Assembly (NCBI GenBank): GCA_965140705.1
Contig: OZ223300.1
Coordinates: forward strand, 672,001 to 736,000
DNA: 64,000 nucleotides
Reading direction: 5' to 3'
Origin: an uncultured Arcobacter sp.
GTDB lineage: Bacteria > Campylobacterota > Campylobacteria > Campylobacterales > Arcobacteraceae
Below are positions 19,111 to 30,099 of this stretch, piece by piece; within the stretch, counting starts at the first letter, position 1, and each line of letters opens with the position of its first letter. The notes under the pieces were generated by a model. It ran no database searches. It was given only the letters and a program-made list of their open reading frames with translations, and was not told where the DNA came from. A program made the translations under genes and the position numbers.

Positions 19111-19380
19111 ATGGATGATATTCTATTTGGAACTCCTAAATCAAAATTTTTAGATGTGCTTAGACATGCATCAAGTGAAATAGTAGATGATGAGATAGAT
19201 AAAATATTGGAAAAATATGCAGCTATGGAATTGCTTTTATCAAAAGATAAAGGTGAGAATTATGATGTAAATGAAGATATAAACTCTTTTGTTTTAGAAA
19301 ACCTAGATGAGGTCTCTAAAGTAAAAGATGATTTATATATTGAGTTTACTGGTGAAATTATTTGTAGATTAGATTCGTAA
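19111..19380 (+). CDS. Small conserved Campylobacterota protein (DUF2018-like)
   Basis: FGTPKSKFLD N-terminus; position upstream of ispB-hemA-proS. Confidence 0.7.
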   Translation: MDDILFGTPKSKFLDVLRHASSEIVDDEIDKILEKYAAMELLLSKDKGENYDVNEDINSFVLENLDEVSKVKDDLYIEFTGEIICRLDS

Positions 19381-19391
19381 GGTATTTATTA

Positions 19392-20288
19392 GTGGAAGAG
19401 TTAAAAATAGTAAAAGATAGAATTTTAGAGTTTGTAAAAGAGTGTGATGATGAAAAAAGTATAGAGCTTTTTGGACATCTATCAACTGGAAAGATGTTAC
19501 GTTCTAAATTGATACTAAAAATAGCTGGAATTAATGGAGAGTCAATAAAACTATGTGCAATAGTTGAGATGATTCATGCGGCATCACTTTTACATGATGA
19601 TGTTATTGATGAAGCTACTACAAGGAGAGGAAGCCCCTCTGTAAATGCTTTATATAATGCAAAAACAGCAATTATGTTTGGAGATGTTTTATACTCTAAA
19701 GCCTTTACTGAACTTTCTCAAATGAATAAAAAAGTAGCTTACAATATCTCAAGTGCTGTTACAAAACTAAGTATTGGTGAGATGATGGATATTGACTTAA
19801 CCCAAACTTTTAATACTGATTATAATTTGTACCTTGATATGATTTATAAGAAGACTGCTTCACTAATAGAAGCAAGTGCTGCAAGTGCTGCTATTTTAGC
19901 AAATAAAGATGAAGAAAAATATGCACTTTATGGAAAAAATCTTGGTCTTGCTTTTCAAATGATTGATGATATTTTAGATATTACACAAGATGCACAAACT
20001 TTAGGAAAACCAGCAATGTTTGATTTTGTTGAAGGAAAAGCTACAATTCCATATTTGTTATTGCATCAAAGATTAGATGAGAAGACAAAATTAGAATCTC
20101 TTTTCAAAAAAGAGTTAAATGAAGAAGAAGCTCTTTGGATAAAACAACAAATGGAGCGAACAGATTCCTTAAATGATGCAATTGCACAGGCAAAAGCTTT
20201 AGGGCGAGAGGCGATTATGATTTTAGAAGATGAAAATTCTGAAGGATTGATTAAAATAATGAAAGAAATGATAGAAAGAGAGTTTTAG
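19392..20288 (+). CDS. ispB: Polyprenyl diphosphate synthase
   Basis: GKMLR, LLHDDVID, RRG, KTASL, FQMIDDILD. Confidence 0.88.
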   Translation: MEELKIVKDRILEFVKECDDEKSIELFGHLSTGKMLRSKLILKIAGINGESIKLCAIVEMIHAASLLHDDVIDEATTRRGSPSVNALYNAKTAIMFGDVLYSKAFTELSQMNKKVAYNISSAVTKLSIGEMMDIDLTQTFNTDYNLYLDMIYKKTASLIEASAASAAILANKDEEKYALYGKNLGLAFQMIDDILDITQDAQTLGKPAMFDFVEGKATIPYLLLHQRLDEKTKLESLFKKELNEEEALWIKQQMERTDSLNDAIAQAKALGREAIMILEDENSEGLIKIMKEMIEREF

Positions 20289-20291
20289 GAT

Positions 20292-21587
20292 ATGAGTTAT
20301 TTAAGTATCTCTTTTACACACAAAAATACAGATATACAAACAAGAGAAAAGATTGCTTTTTCAAATGAAAGTTCAGTAGAGACTTTTTTAAAAAGTGTAA
20401 AAGCAGATGATTCAATTAATGAGGTTGTACTATTATCTACCTGTAATAGAGTAGAAATTATGACTACCTCTTCAAATATAAAACAATCAACAAACAAGAT
20501 TTTTGACACTTTATCTAAATATTCTGGTTTGGATTTTGATAATTTAATAGAAATAGCAGATATATATGACAATACTGGTGCTATTCACCATCTATTTTCT
20601 GTAGCATCTGCTTTGGATTCACTTGTTATTGGTGAAACACAAATTGTTGGACAATTAAAAGACTCATTTAGATTAGCTTTATCTAAAGGGTATTGTGGAA
20701 AAGATATATCAAAAGCTATGAACTATGCTTTTAAATGTGCTGCTAATGTTAGAAATGAAACAAGCTTAGGTACAGGTTCAGTATCAGTGGCTTCTACCGC
20801 TGTTTCAAAAGCAAAAGATATTATTCAAAATACCCAAGGTGTGAAAGCTTTAGTTATTGGTGCAGGTGAGATGAGTGAGCTTACTATGAAGCATTTAAAT
20901 AAAGCTGGATTTGATATTATTTTAATTAGTAGAGATATTAAAAAAGCTAAGATGTTAGTGGATACTTTTGATTTTGAAGTTGATGTTCAAGCTTATGAAA
21001 ATTTACAGAAATATTTAAATGAAGTTCCTGTTATGGTTACAGCAACTTCAGCTCCATATCCAATCATAAAAGAAGATATGGTAAAACCATGTAATTTCAA
21101 TAGATATTGGTTTGATATAGCCTTGCCTAGAGATATAGAAGAGTTTGAAAGTCCAAATTTACAAATTTATGCAGTAGATGATTTACAAGATATTGTAAAT
21201 TCTAATATGATACTTCGAGCAGAACAAGCAAAAAGAGCATATATGATTGTAAATCAAGAATCTGAAAAATTCTTCAAATGGTTAAAATCACTTGAAGTAG
21301 AACCAGTTGTAAAACATCTATATAAAAGAGCTGATAATGTAATTGAAAAGAAATTAGAAAATGCTATAAAAAAAGGGTTTATAAAATCTGAAGACGAAGA
21401 GAATATAAAAAAACTTTGTCAAACAGTTTTAAATGAGTTTTTACATGAACCAACAACAAAATTAAAAAAGATTTCAAAAGATGTGGAATGTGATATTATT
21501 TTAGGAACAGTACAATCTGTTTTTGGTTTAGAAGGTGGTTCAAGTTCTCTTAAAAAATGTGACCACGCAATAAAATTTAATTATTAG
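20292..21587 (+). CDS. hemA: Glutamyl-tRNA reductase
   Basis: [35 protein letters not shown]. Confidence 0.97.
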   Translation: MSYLSISFTHKNTDIQTREKIAFSNESSVETFLKSVKADDSINEVVLLSTCNRVEIMTTSSNIKQSTNKIFDTLSKYSGLDFDNLIEIADIYDNTGAIHHLFSVASALDSLVIGETQIVGQLKDSFRLALSKGYCGKDISKAMNYAFKCAANVRNETSLGTGSVSVASTAVSKAKDIIQNTQGVKALVIGAGEMSELTMKHLNKAGFDIILISRDIKKAKMLVDTFDFEVDVQAYENLQKYLNEVPVMVTATSAPYPIIKEDMVKPCNFNRYWFDIALPRDIEEFESPNLQIYAVDDLQDIVNSNMILRAEQAKRAYMIVNQESEKFFKWLKSLEVEPVVKHLYKRADNVIEKKLENAIKKGFIKSEDEENIKKLCQTVLNEFLHEPTTKLKKISKDVECDIILGTVQSVFGLEGGSSSLKKCDHAIKFNY

Positions 21588-21597
21588 GAATAAGTTA

Positions 21598-23316
21598 ATG
21601 AAATTTTCTCAAATGTTTATGCCAACTACAAAAGAGACACCAAATGATGCAACTTTAGCATCTCACCAATATTTAATAAGAGGTGGTTTTATAACTCAAA
21701 CAGGTTCTGGTTTATATAATTTTTTGCCCCTTGGAAAAATTGTTTTAGATAAAATAAGAGCTGTTGTAAAAGAAGAGATGGATAATACAGGTGCAAATGA
21801 ACTTCTGATGAGTTTTGTTACACCCTTAGAGCTTTGGGAACAATCTGGTCGAGCAAGTGTTATGGGTCCTGAATTACTAAAATTCAAAGACAGAAAAGGT
21901 GCAGGATTTGTGCTAAGTCCAACAAATGAAGAGACTGTAGTTGATATTGTAAAAAATAGAATCACCTCATATAAAGATTTACCAATAAACTTGTATCACA
22001 TAAATACAAAATTTAGAGATGAAGCAAGACCTAGATTTGGACTTATGAGAGGTAGAGAATTTTTGATGAAAGATGCTTACTCTTTCCATGCTACACATGA
22101 AGATTTAGTTAGAGAATTTCATGTTATGGAAGATGCATACAAAAAGATTTATGAAAGACTAGGTTTAGAATATAGAGTTGTTGCTGCTGATAGTGGTGCT
22201 ATTGGTGGAAGTGGTTCTAAAGAGTTTATGGTATTAGCAAACTCTGGAGAAGATACTATTGTTGTATGTGAAGATTGTGAGTATGGGGCAAATATTGAAG
22301 CTGCTGTAAGAGCAAAAAAAGAGACTAAAAATTGGTATGATTTAACTTCTGAAAATGTAAAAATGGAAAAAGTACTAACAGAGGGTATGAAAACAATAGA
22401 AGATGTTTCAAATTTTCTAAGTACTCCAACTGCTCAATCAATAAAAGCAGTTATTAAAAAAGCAATTTATAAAGATACAGAAGAAGTGGTAGTTTTCTTT
22501 GTAAGAGGAAATGATGAATTAGAAGAGACAAAAGCAGCAAATGCAGTTGATGCCTTAGAATTAATTGATGCAAATGAAGAAGATATTTTAAATGCCTCTT
22601 TAGTTGCAGGATTTTGTGGACCATTTAATTTACCTGAAAATATAACTTATGTAATTGATAATGAATTAAAAGATGAAGTTGGTTTAGTTTGTGGTGCTAA
22701 CGAAGTTGATTATCACTTTACAGGAACAGATTTAACAACTCTAAAAGATGCAAAATATTTTGATTTGATTGTTGTTCAAGAGGGAGATACTTGTTCTTGT
22801 TGTGGTGGAAAACTAATTCACACAAAAGGAATAGAAGCTGGACATATTTTCCAACTTGGAACAAAATATTCAAGTGCTATGGATGCTACATTTTTAGATA
22901 ACAATGGAAAAGCACAACCTTTTATTATGGGTTGTTATGGAATTGGAGTTTCAAGATTAGTAGCAGCTGTAATTGAACAAAATCATGATGATAAAGGGTG
23001 TATTTGGACTAAAGAGACTGCACCTTTTATGGTTGATGTAATAGTTTCAAATGCAAAAAAAGAAGAAGAATTAAATGCTGGTAAAAAGATTTATAATGAC
23101 CTTAAAATAGCAGGTATTTCTACAATCTTAGATGATAGATTAAATGCTAGATTTGGATTTAAAATGAGTGATTTTGAACTTATTGGATTTCCTTATGCAG
23201 TTGTTGTTGGTAAAAAATTACCAGAAGGTATAGTTGAAATTGTTAATAGAAAAACTTTAGAAAAAGAAGAAGTATCGTTAGACGAAGTTGTAAACAAATT
23301 AAAAAAACTAAAATAA
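21598..23316 (+). CDS. proS: Proline--tRNA ligase (bacterial type with editing insert)
   Basis: [40 protein letters not shown]. Confidence 0.97.
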   Translation: MKFSQMFMPTTKETPNDATLASHQYLIRGGFITQTGSGLYNFLPLGKIVLDKIRAVVKEEMDNTGANELLMSFVTPLELWEQSGRASVMGPELLKFKDRKGAGFVLSPTNEETVVDIVKNRITSYKDLPINLYHINTKFRDEARPRFGLMRGREFLMKDAYSFHATHEDLVREFHVMEDAYKKIYERLGLEYRVVAADSGAIGGSGSKEFMVLANSGEDTIVVCEDCEYGANIEAAVRAKKETKNWYDLTSENVKMEKVLTEGMKTIEDVSNFLSTPTAQSIKAVIKKAIYKDTEEVVVFFVRGNDELEETKAANAVDALELIDANEEDILNASLVAGFCGPFNLPENITYVIDNELKDEVGLVCGANEVDYHFTGTDLTTLKDAKYFDLIVVQEGDTCSCCGGKLIHTKGIEAGHIFQLGTKYSSAMDATFLDNNGKAQPFIMGCYGIGVSRLVAAVIEQNHDDKGCIWTKETAPFMVDVIVSNAKKEEELNAGKKIYNDLKIAGISTILDDRLNARFGFKMSDFELIGFPYAVVVGKKLPEGIVEIVNRKTLEKEEVSLDEVVNKLKKLK

Positions 23317-23325
23317 GGGGTAAAA

Positions 23326-24141
23326 ATGGGAACTAGTATTGAAACAGTTTCTGATATGATTGGGGTATACTCATTAAATATTGCTATGGCAATTTTAATA
23401 TTTGTAGTTGGTAAATGGTTAGCAAAAAAGATAACAGAAGTTGTTGCAAAGATATTAAGAAGAAATCCAAAACTTGATGCAACATTAGTAAACTTTTTTG
23501 ATGATATTATTTATTATGTATTACTTGTAGTTGTTGTCTTAACAGCACTAGAACAAATTGGGGTTGAATCAACTTCGTTTTTAGCTATTATCGGAGCAGC
23601 AGGTCTTGCTGTTGGTTTAGCACTTAAAGATTCATTATCAAACTTTGCTTCTGGTGTTATGATTATATTTTTCAAACCTTTTAAAATAGGTGATTATGTA
23701 ACTGCTGGTGGTGTAAGTGGAACTATTACTGAAGTACATCTGTTTAATACAGAGTTTACAACACCTGATAATCAAAAAGTTTTAGTACCAAATGGTACAA
23801 TTACAGCAGGAAGTATAACAAATGTAAATGCTCATCCTAAAAGAAGAGTCGATTTAGTTATTGGTGTTGGTTATGGTGATAATTTAAAAATAGTAAAAGA
23901 TATTATTACAAAAATAATTGAATCAAATGATAAAGTTCTAAAAGATGAAGCAATCACAGTTGCTGTTTCAGAATTAGGTGATTCATCAGTAAATTTTGTA
24001 GTTCGAGTTTGGGTTAATACACCTGATTTTTGGGCTGTAAAATGGGCTTTAATTGAAGAGATTAAAAACACATTTGATAAAGAAGGAATCTCTATTCCTT
24101 TTCCTCAAAGAGATGTGCATATTATCAACGAAAAAAACTAG
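23326..24141 (+). CDS. mscS: Small-conductance mechanosensitive channel
   Basis: GAAGLAVGLALKDSLSNFASG, KPFKIGD, GISIPFPQRDV. Confidence 0.92.
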   Translation: MGTSIETVSDMIGVYSLNIAMAILIFVVGKWLAKKITEVVAKILRRNPKLDATLVNFFDDIIYYVLLVVVVLTALEQIGVESTSFLAIIGAAGLAVGLALKDSLSNFASGVMIIFFKPFKIGDYVTAGGVSGTITEVHLFNTEFTTPDNQKVLVPNGTITAGSITNVNAHPKRRVDLVIGVGYGDNLKIVKDIITKIIESNDKVLKDEAITVAVSELGDSSVNFVVRVWVNTPDFWAVKWALIEEIKNTFDKEGISIPFPQRDVHIINEKN

Positions 24142-25516
24142 TATCAAGTTACCTAATACTCTAACAAAGATACTAAAACTTTTACAAGAAAAAGGTGCTA
24201 AGCCTATTCTTGTAGGAGGATGTGTTAGAGACCACTTTTTAAACTTACAAATAAAAGATTATGACATAGAAGTCTTTCATATAGAAAACTTCGAAACCCT
24301 CACAAAATATTTAGAACAATTTGGAAAAGTTAAACTTGTAGGCAAATCATATGGTGTATTAAAACTCACAGTTGATAAGCAAGAGTATGATTTTGCACTG
24401 CCCAGAATTGAAAAAAAAATAGCAAAAGGGCATAAGGGGTTTGAAGTCATAAGTAATAGTTATCTAAGCTTTAAAGAAGCAGCTATTAGGCGAGATTTTA
24501 CAATAAATGCCCTTGGATATGATTTTATAAATGAAGAGATTTTAGACCCCTTTGGTGGATTAGAAGATTTAGAGAATAAAATCTTACGACATATAGATGA
24601 CAATAGTTTTATTGAAGATCCTTTAAGGGTTTATAGAGCAGTACAATTTGCTTCAAGATTTGATTTTACAATAGATAAAGATAGTTTTATTTTATGCAAA
24701 AAAATGGTTTTAAATGGAGATTTAGAAGAGTTAGCAAGTGAGCGAATCTTTGAAGAGTTAAAAAAACTCTTTTTAAAATCACTTAAGCCTTCAATTGGAT
24801 TTGAACTTTTAAAAGAGTTGGAGATATTAAAATATTTTCCAGAACTAAAAGCATTAATTGGCTGTGCTCAAGAGCCACAATATCATCCTGAAGGTGATGT
24901 TTGGATTCATACTTTAATGTGCTTAGATGAAATGGCAAAAATAAAAACAAATGATGAGTATAAAGATTTAGTTCTGTTTTTTGCAATACTTTGTCATGAT
25001 TTTGGAAAACCCTTATGTACAAAAGTAATAGATGGAAAAATAACTTCATATAAACATGAGTCTTTGGGAATAGAACCTACCGTATCATTTTTAGAAAAAC
25101 TAACAAATGATAAAAAACTTATAGCTGATGTTCTTCCCTTAGTTAAATATCACCTTTCTCCTTTTCAATTATATTTGCACAATAGTAGTGATAAGGCAGT
25201 AAAAAGATTAGCCTTAAAAGTTGATATTGAGATGTTATGTTTGGTTTGTCTAGCTGATTGTTTAGGAAGAACGATTGAAGATAAGTGTAAATGCCATGAA
25301 GCTATCTCTTGGTTAAAAAATAGAGCCTCACAATTGGAAGTCACAAATAGTGGACCAAAAGCTATTGTGATGGGAAAAGATTTGATAGCCTTAGGATTTA
25401 CCCCAGGAGTTTTATTTAAAGAGATTTTAGACTATGCTTTTGATTTACAACTAGATGAAGATTTACCAAAAGAGTTAATAATAGAAAAAATAAAAGAGAA
25501 ATATATCAAGGGGTGA
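24113..25516 (+). CDS. cca: CCA tRNA nucleotidyltransferase with HD domain
   Basis: LVGGCVRD, KDYDIE, RRDFTIN, EDPLRVYR, HPEGDVWIHT, CHDFGKP. Start uncertain; the ATG at 24113 was chosen. Confidence 0.88.
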   Translation: MCILSTKKTSIKLPNTLTKILKLLQEKGAKPILVGGCVRDHFLNLQIKDYDIEVFHIENFETLTKYLEQFGKVKLVGKSYGVLKLTVDKQEYDFALPRIEKKIAKGHKGFEVISNSYLSFKEAAIRRDFTINALGYDFINEEILDPFGGLEDLENKILRHIDDNSFIEDPLRVYRAVQFASRFDFTIDKDSFILCKKMVLNGDLEELASERIFEELKKLFLKSLKPSIGFELLKELEILKYFPELKALIGCAQEPQYHPEGDVWIHTLMCLDEMAKIKTNDEYKDLVLFFAILCHDFGKPLCTKVIDGKITSYKHESLGIEPTVSFLEKLTNDKKLIADVLPLVKYHLSPFQLYLHNSSDKAVKRLALKVDIEMLCLVCLADCLGRTIEDKCKCHEAISWLKNRASQLEVTNSGPKAIVMGKDLIALGFTPGVLFKEILDYAFDLQLDEDLPKELIIEKIKEKYIKG

Positions 25517-26735
25517 TGATATAATTTTCACTTCCATTTATCTCATGATAGATATTAACCCCATATTTTTTTGAATAAAGTCTTATCAAAAGTTTTTGTA
25601 AAGTTGGTTCAATAGATGGTGTAAACCAAGCATTATTTGATATGGCAATAATATTCTTTGTATTTCCTAGGTTTTTATATAACTCTTCACTTGTAGCTTC
25701 ATAACAAATAGCATTTCTAAAAGAGATATTTTTTATTCTATAATCTGTTGGTGCACTAGCTTTTGTATAATCTTTTGCTCCATTGTAAAATATCTTATTA
25801 ATAAAATCTCTAAATATCTTAGGTAAAGGAATCTCTTCCCCAAAAGGAACTAAAACAACTTTTGAGGCAATTTGTAAATTTCCAGCTTTGAAAATATAAG
25901 TTGAGTTTTCATATTGTCCATTTTTATAATATAAAGAACCAGCTATGATTGTGATTTTATGTGATTTTTCCAATAGATTTTCTAGTATAAATTCTTGCTT
26001 ATTTAATACAAAAGGAAAAGTAGTTTCAGGTAACACAACCACATCTTTGTGTTCTTTTATTGCCTTATTTATTTGTTTAAAGTTCTCATCAACAATGGCT
26101 GCTAAATTTTTTCTATCCCATTTATAATCTTGGTTAAAATAAAAGTTTGCTAAAGAAATATCAATATCACTCAAAGGTGTTGGCTTTGGATTTATGTGTA
26201 TAAAGGAAATAGCAATTATACATACTGTATAAATTAAAACTCTTTTTTTTACTAAAAATATTGTAGATAAAATTATAAGTCCTAGAACTATTTTATTGGC
26301 TTCAAAATAACTATCTAAAAGTAAAATATCGGGTTTGAACCAGTTAAAACCAAAAGGGTTAAAAAAAGCTAAGCCAAAAAATAAAATGGCTCTTAAATAT
26401 ATATTGTCTTTTATAGAAATTAAAAGAAAAAGTAAAGCATATACAAGAGCAAAAAATAGAATCACAAGAGGAATTAAATAACTTAAATCATAATATCTAA
26501 AGGAAAAACTCACCCAATAAAACCATAAAATCCCAACAAAAAAACCACTATAAAAAAGTGAAATTCTATCTATTTTTAAAATAAAATATAAAGAAAGAAG
26601 TAAACAAATTGTATTGATAATTTTGATTTCAAATCCAAAATATGCTAAATATATAGGAGTTGAGAACAATAATGCTGTAATCAAGCCTTTTATTATATTG
26701 ATTTTGTTAAAATACACGCGTTTTAGGAAAAACAT
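25506..26735 (-). CDS. lnt: Apolipoprotein N-acyltransferase
   Basis: Multi-TM N-terminus; VLPET, KVVLVPFGE, ICYE, SNNAWF; divergent from yajC. Confidence 0.92.
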   Translation of the reverse strand: MFFLKRVYFNKINIIKGLITALLFSTPIYLAYFGFEIKIINTICLLLSLYFILKIDRISLFYSGFFVGILWFYWVSFSFRYYDLSYLIPLVILFFALVYALLFLLISIKDNIYLRAILFFGLAFFNPFGFNWFKPDILLLDSYFEANKIVLGLIILSTIFLVKKRVLIYTVCIIAISFIHINPKPTPLSDIDISLANFYFNQDYKWDRKNLAAIVDENFKQINKAIKEHKDVVVLPETTFPFVLNKQEFILENLLEKSHKITIIAGSLYYKNGQYENSTYIFKAGNLQIASKVVLVPFGEEIPLPKIFRDFINKIFYNGAKDYTKASAPTDYRIKNISFRNAICYEATSEELYKNLGNTKNIIAISNNAWFTPSIEPTLQKLLIRLYSKKYGVNIYHEINGSENYIITP

Positions 26736-26760
26736 ATCAAACCATTATAAAGGAAGTACC

Positions 26761-27030
26761 ATGGGTCAAAGCGGTGACTTAATAAGTTCATTATTACCTC
26801 TTGTTGCATTATTTGCAATATTCTACTTTTTAATTATTAGACCACAACAAAAGCAAGCTAAACAGCATAAGCAAATGATTGCGGATTTGAAAAAAGGTGA
26901 CAAGATTGTAACAAATGGTGGCTTAATCGTTGAAATTTCAAAAGTTGAAGAGACTTCTTTAACTGTAAAAAATGTAGATGGTTCAGAAATGAAATTAGCA
27001 AGAGAGTTTGTAGCTAAACTTGCTGAATAA
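26761..27030 (+). CDS. yajC: Preprotein translocase subunit YajC
   Basis: FYFLIIRPQQKQ, LKKGDKIVTNGG. Start reassigned to the ATG at 26761 (AAGGA RBS). Confidence 0.95.
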   Translation: MGQSGDLISSLLPLVALFAIFYFLIIRPQQKQAKQHKQMIADLKKGDKIVTNGGLIVEISKVEETSLTVKNVDGSEMKLAREFVAKLAE

Positions 27031-27033
27031 AAA

Positions 27034-27063
27034 TAAGGCATGTAAAACTTTTTACATGTCTTA
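27034..27063 (+). terminator. Hairpin between yajC and secD (terminator or mRNA stabiliser)
   Basis: TAAGGCATGTAAAA-CT-TTTTACATGTCTTA inverted repeat. Confidence 0.45.
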
Positions 27064-27107
27064 CCACTTACCTTTATATTTAACAACTTACTATTTAAGG
27101 ATAAAGA

Positions 27108-28676
27108 TTGAAAATCTTAAATTATAGACTTATCATATTTATATTAAGCATTATTTTTGGTGTCGCATTTTCTATGCCATCATTTCTCCAAAGCAATTCT
27201 GGCAAAAAAATCGCATTAGGACTTGACTTACAAGGTGGACTTCATCTTTTATTAGGTGTAAAAACTCAAGAAGCAGTAGTATCTAAAATCAAATCAATAG
27301 CAGCAACAGTAAAATATTATACTGACGATGAAGAGATATTGATAGAGGATTTATCTATAAATCCAGATAGCGTTACCTTTACTGTACTTGATCCAGATGA
27401 AGTTAAAAGAGTTGATGAAATGCTTAAAAAAATCAAAGGTTTAGTTATTTCAAAAAGTCAAGATAACAATTATGAATTAACTTTAACTCCTGAAGAGATT
27501 GCACTTACAAAAGATCAAGCTGTTTCACAAGCTGTTGAGACTATTAGAAATAGACTTGACCAATTTGGTTTGGCTGAACCTACAGTTATTAGACAAGGTA
27601 AAAGTGATATTGTGGTTGAACTTCCAGGAATAAAAACTCAAGCAGATGAACAAGCAGCAAGGGAACTTATCTCAAAACCAGCTAACTTAGAACTTATGGC
27701 TGTAGATGAAGATAGAGCTGATCAAGTTTATACTATGACTGGTTCTGAAGCTTCACAATATGGAGATATTATTTTAGAAGATGCAAAAAATCCTGCTAAA
27801 AAATATCTTGTAAAAGAAATACCGATTTTAAATGGAAGTCAAGTAACAGATGCACAAGTGGCTTTTGATAAATCAAATCAAGCAATTATTAACTTTACAC
27901 TTAATTCTATTGGTGCAAAAGTTTTTGGTGACTTTACAGCAAAAAGTGTTGGAAAAAGACTTGCTATTGTTTTAGATGGAAAAGTTTATTCTGCACCAAA
28001 TATTAGAGAAAGAATTGGTGGTGGAAGCGGACAAATTTCTGGTGGATTTACTGTTGTTGAAGCTGGAAATGTTGCAATTGCTCTTAGAAGTGGAGCTTTA
28101 CCTGCTTCTGTTGAGTTATTAGAAAAAAGAAGTGTTGGACCATCTTTAGGAGCTGATTCTATTAAAGCTTCTATGATAGCACTTATTGCTGGATTTGCTT
28201 TAGTTGTAGTATTTATGATTGTTTATTATGGTATGGCAGGTGTTATTGCAAATGTTGCACTTGTAACTAATATTTTTATAATCATAGCAATTATGGCGAT
28301 GTTTGGAGCGACCTTAACTTTACCTGGAATGGCTGGTATTGTATTAACAGTAGGTATGGCTGTTGATGCCAATGTTATTATCACTGAGAGAATAAAAGAG
28401 TTACTTCGAAATAAAGTATCTATTACAAAAGCTGTAGAAGATGGATATTCAAATGCAATGAGAGCAATCTTAGATGCAAATGTTACAACCTTACTTGTAT
28501 CAGTTATCCTTTATGTTTATGGAACAGGACCTATTAAAGGTTTTGCTATTACTATTTCTATTGGTATCTTAGCATCTATGTTAACAGCTATTTTAGGTAC
28601 ACATGGTATCTATGAGTCTTTATTACCTAAGATGAATAGAGAGAAAAATTTAAGAAAATGGTTTGGGATGAAATAA
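27108..28676 (+). CDS. secD: Protein translocase subunit SecD
   Basis: LGLDLQGG, RNRLDQFGLAEP, LRSGALP, VGPSLG, GMAVDANV. Confidence 0.97.
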   Translation: MKILNYRLIIFILSIIFGVAFSMPSFLQSNSGKKIALGLDLQGGLHLLLGVKTQEAVVSKIKSIAATVKYYTDDEEILIEDLSINPDSVTFTVLDPDEVKRVDEMLKKIKGLVISKSQDNNYELTLTPEEIALTKDQAVSQAVETIRNRLDQFGLAEPTVIRQGKSDIVVELPGIKTQADEQAARELISKPANLELMAVDEDRADQVYTMTGSEASQYGDIILEDAKNPAKKYLVKEIPILNGSQVTDAQVAFDKSNQAIINFTLNSIGAKVFGDFTAKSVGKRLAIVLDGKVYSAPNIRERIGGGSGQISGGFTVVEAGNVAIALRSGALPASVELLEKRSVGPSLGADSIKASMIALIAGFALVVVFMIVYYGMAGVIANVALVTNIFIIIAIMAMFGATLTLPGMAGIVLTVGMAVDANVIITERIKELLRNKVSITKAVEDGYSNAMRAILDANVTTLLVSVILYVYGTGPIKGFAITISIGILASMLTAILGTHGIYESLLPKMNREKNLRKWFGMK

Positions 28677-29647
28677 TGGAATTTTTTAAAGGCGATAAAA
28701 TATATAATTTTATGGGTAAGAGATTACCATTTTTAGGTTTATCTACTATTTTAGTTGTGACTTCTATTGTATTACTTCTTACAAAAGGTGTTAATTTTGG
28801 TATTGATTTTGCTGGTGGAACTTTAGTTCAAGTAAAATATGAAAAAGCTGCTCCAATTGATAAAATTAGAGATGTTTTAAATAAAACAAAAGAGTATAAA
28901 AACTCTTCAATCACAAAATTTGGTAGCGATGATGAAGTCATTATTAGAGTAACAACATCTACAAATAGTGTATCAAGTGATTTAAGTGATGAGATTAGAA
29001 ATGTACTAAAAGGTACTGGAAACTTTGAAATAAGAAGAGTTGATATAGTAGGACCTAAAGTTGGTGGTGAATTAAGAGAAAAAGGATTGATGGCCTTTGT
29101 TTTATCATTAATTGTGATTATGATTTATGTATCTTTTAGATTTGAGTGGAGATTTGCCCTTGCTTCTATTTTAGCTTTAGTCCATGATGTTACTATTGCT
29201 TTAGGAGCAGTGAGTCTATTTGGTATAGAAGTAAACTTAGATATCTTAGCAGCTATTCTTACTTTATTGGGATACTCACTAAATGATACGATTATTGTAT
29301 TTGATAGAATTAGAGAAGGTGTTCAAACCTCAAAAGAGAGTAATCTTTCAAAAGTTGTAAATGAATCTGTTTCAAGAACACTATCAAGAACTACTCTTAC
29401 TTCATTGACAACTTTCTTCGTTGTTGCGACTTTATATTTCTTTGGTGGAGAGATTATCAATGGTTTTGCCTTTACTTTATTAGTGGGTATTATTGTAGGT
29501 ACTTATTCATCTATTTTTATCGCAGCTTCATTTTTAGTTCAATTAAGATTCTCTATTGAGGATTTTAGAACTAAAGAAGTTGAGAAGATTAAGAAACAAA
29601 AAGAGAAAGAAAAGATGAGAGCGATGTATGAGCAGGGAACAGTTTAA
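28676..29647 (+). CDS. secF: Protein translocase subunit SecF
   Basis: GIDFAGGT, VGPKVG, HDV, GYSLNDTIIVFDRIRE, GTYSSIFIA. Start at the TAATG overlap (28676). Confidence 0.97.
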   Translation: MEFFKGDKIYNFMGKRLPFLGLSTILVVTSIVLLLTKGVNFGIDFAGGTLVQVKYEKAAPIDKIRDVLNKTKEYKNSSITKFGSDDEVIIRVTTSTNSVSSDLSDEIRNVLKGTGNFEIRRVDIVGPKVGGELREKGLMAFVLSLIVIMIYVSFRFEWRFALASILALVHDVTIALGAVSLFGIEVNLDILAAILTLLGYSLNDTIIVFDRIREGVQTSKESNLSKVVNESVSRTLSRTTLTSLTTFFVVATLYFFGGEIINGFAFTLLVGIIVGTYSSIFIAASFLVQLRFSIEDFRTKEVEKIKKQKEKEKMRAMYEQGTV

Positions 29648-29794
29648 GAAACGTAGTTTCTAAACATCATCTTTTGCAATAACTCTGCGTTGGAGAGAAA
29701 TTTTAAATGCTCACGTACTAAGATGTACGCTCCGCTTTAAAATTCCTCTCCGCCTTGATTTCTCACAAAATCTAATATTTATAAACTACGTTTC
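29648..29794. repeat. 147-bp nested palindromic element (REP/MITE-like or structured RNA)
   Basis: Terminal inverted repeat GAAACGTAGTTT/AAACTACGTTTC. Inner pairs GGAGAG/CTCTCC, AATTTTAAA/TTTAAAATT, CGTAC/GTACG. Confidence 0.75.
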
Positions 29795-29868
29795 CCTCTA
29801 ATTTACACAAAAAATTTTATTCTCAATATTTACAAATAAAAGTTTCAAGCTTCTTAAAATGTGAGCAT

Positions 29869-30040
29869 TTTCAAAATCGCGTGAAGAAAAATCTATATAA
29901 ATTCGTAAAGAAATTACAATTGTTTGAGACGGAGGTACGGAGTCGAGTTTTGTAATTTTAGAATTTCTATATATTTTTTAGCTATTTTGGAACCTGTGAA
30001 CGCTTTTCTTTTGCGAACTTTTCTTTATAAAAAGAAAAGT
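29869..30040. repeat. Second long hairpin element followed by a short hairpin
   Basis: Nested pairs CAAAAT/ATTTTG, AAAAAT/ATTTTT, AAATTC/GAATTT, AAATTACAA/TTGTAATTT, GAC/GTC around a TGTTTGAG...CGAGTT core. Then ACTTTTCTTT-ATAA-AAAGAAAAGT (30017-30040). Confidence 0.7.
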
Positions 30041-30099
30041 GGAAAGTATCAAGAATAGAAATGTATAATATAACTCAAAAATAACTAAAAGAAATAATT

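Noticed and set aside
29648..30099. Possible CRISPR array or retron msr/msd in the secF downstream region
   Set aside because: There are no regularly spaced direct repeats, and no cas or reverse transcriptase gene in the window; only inverted repeats are present.
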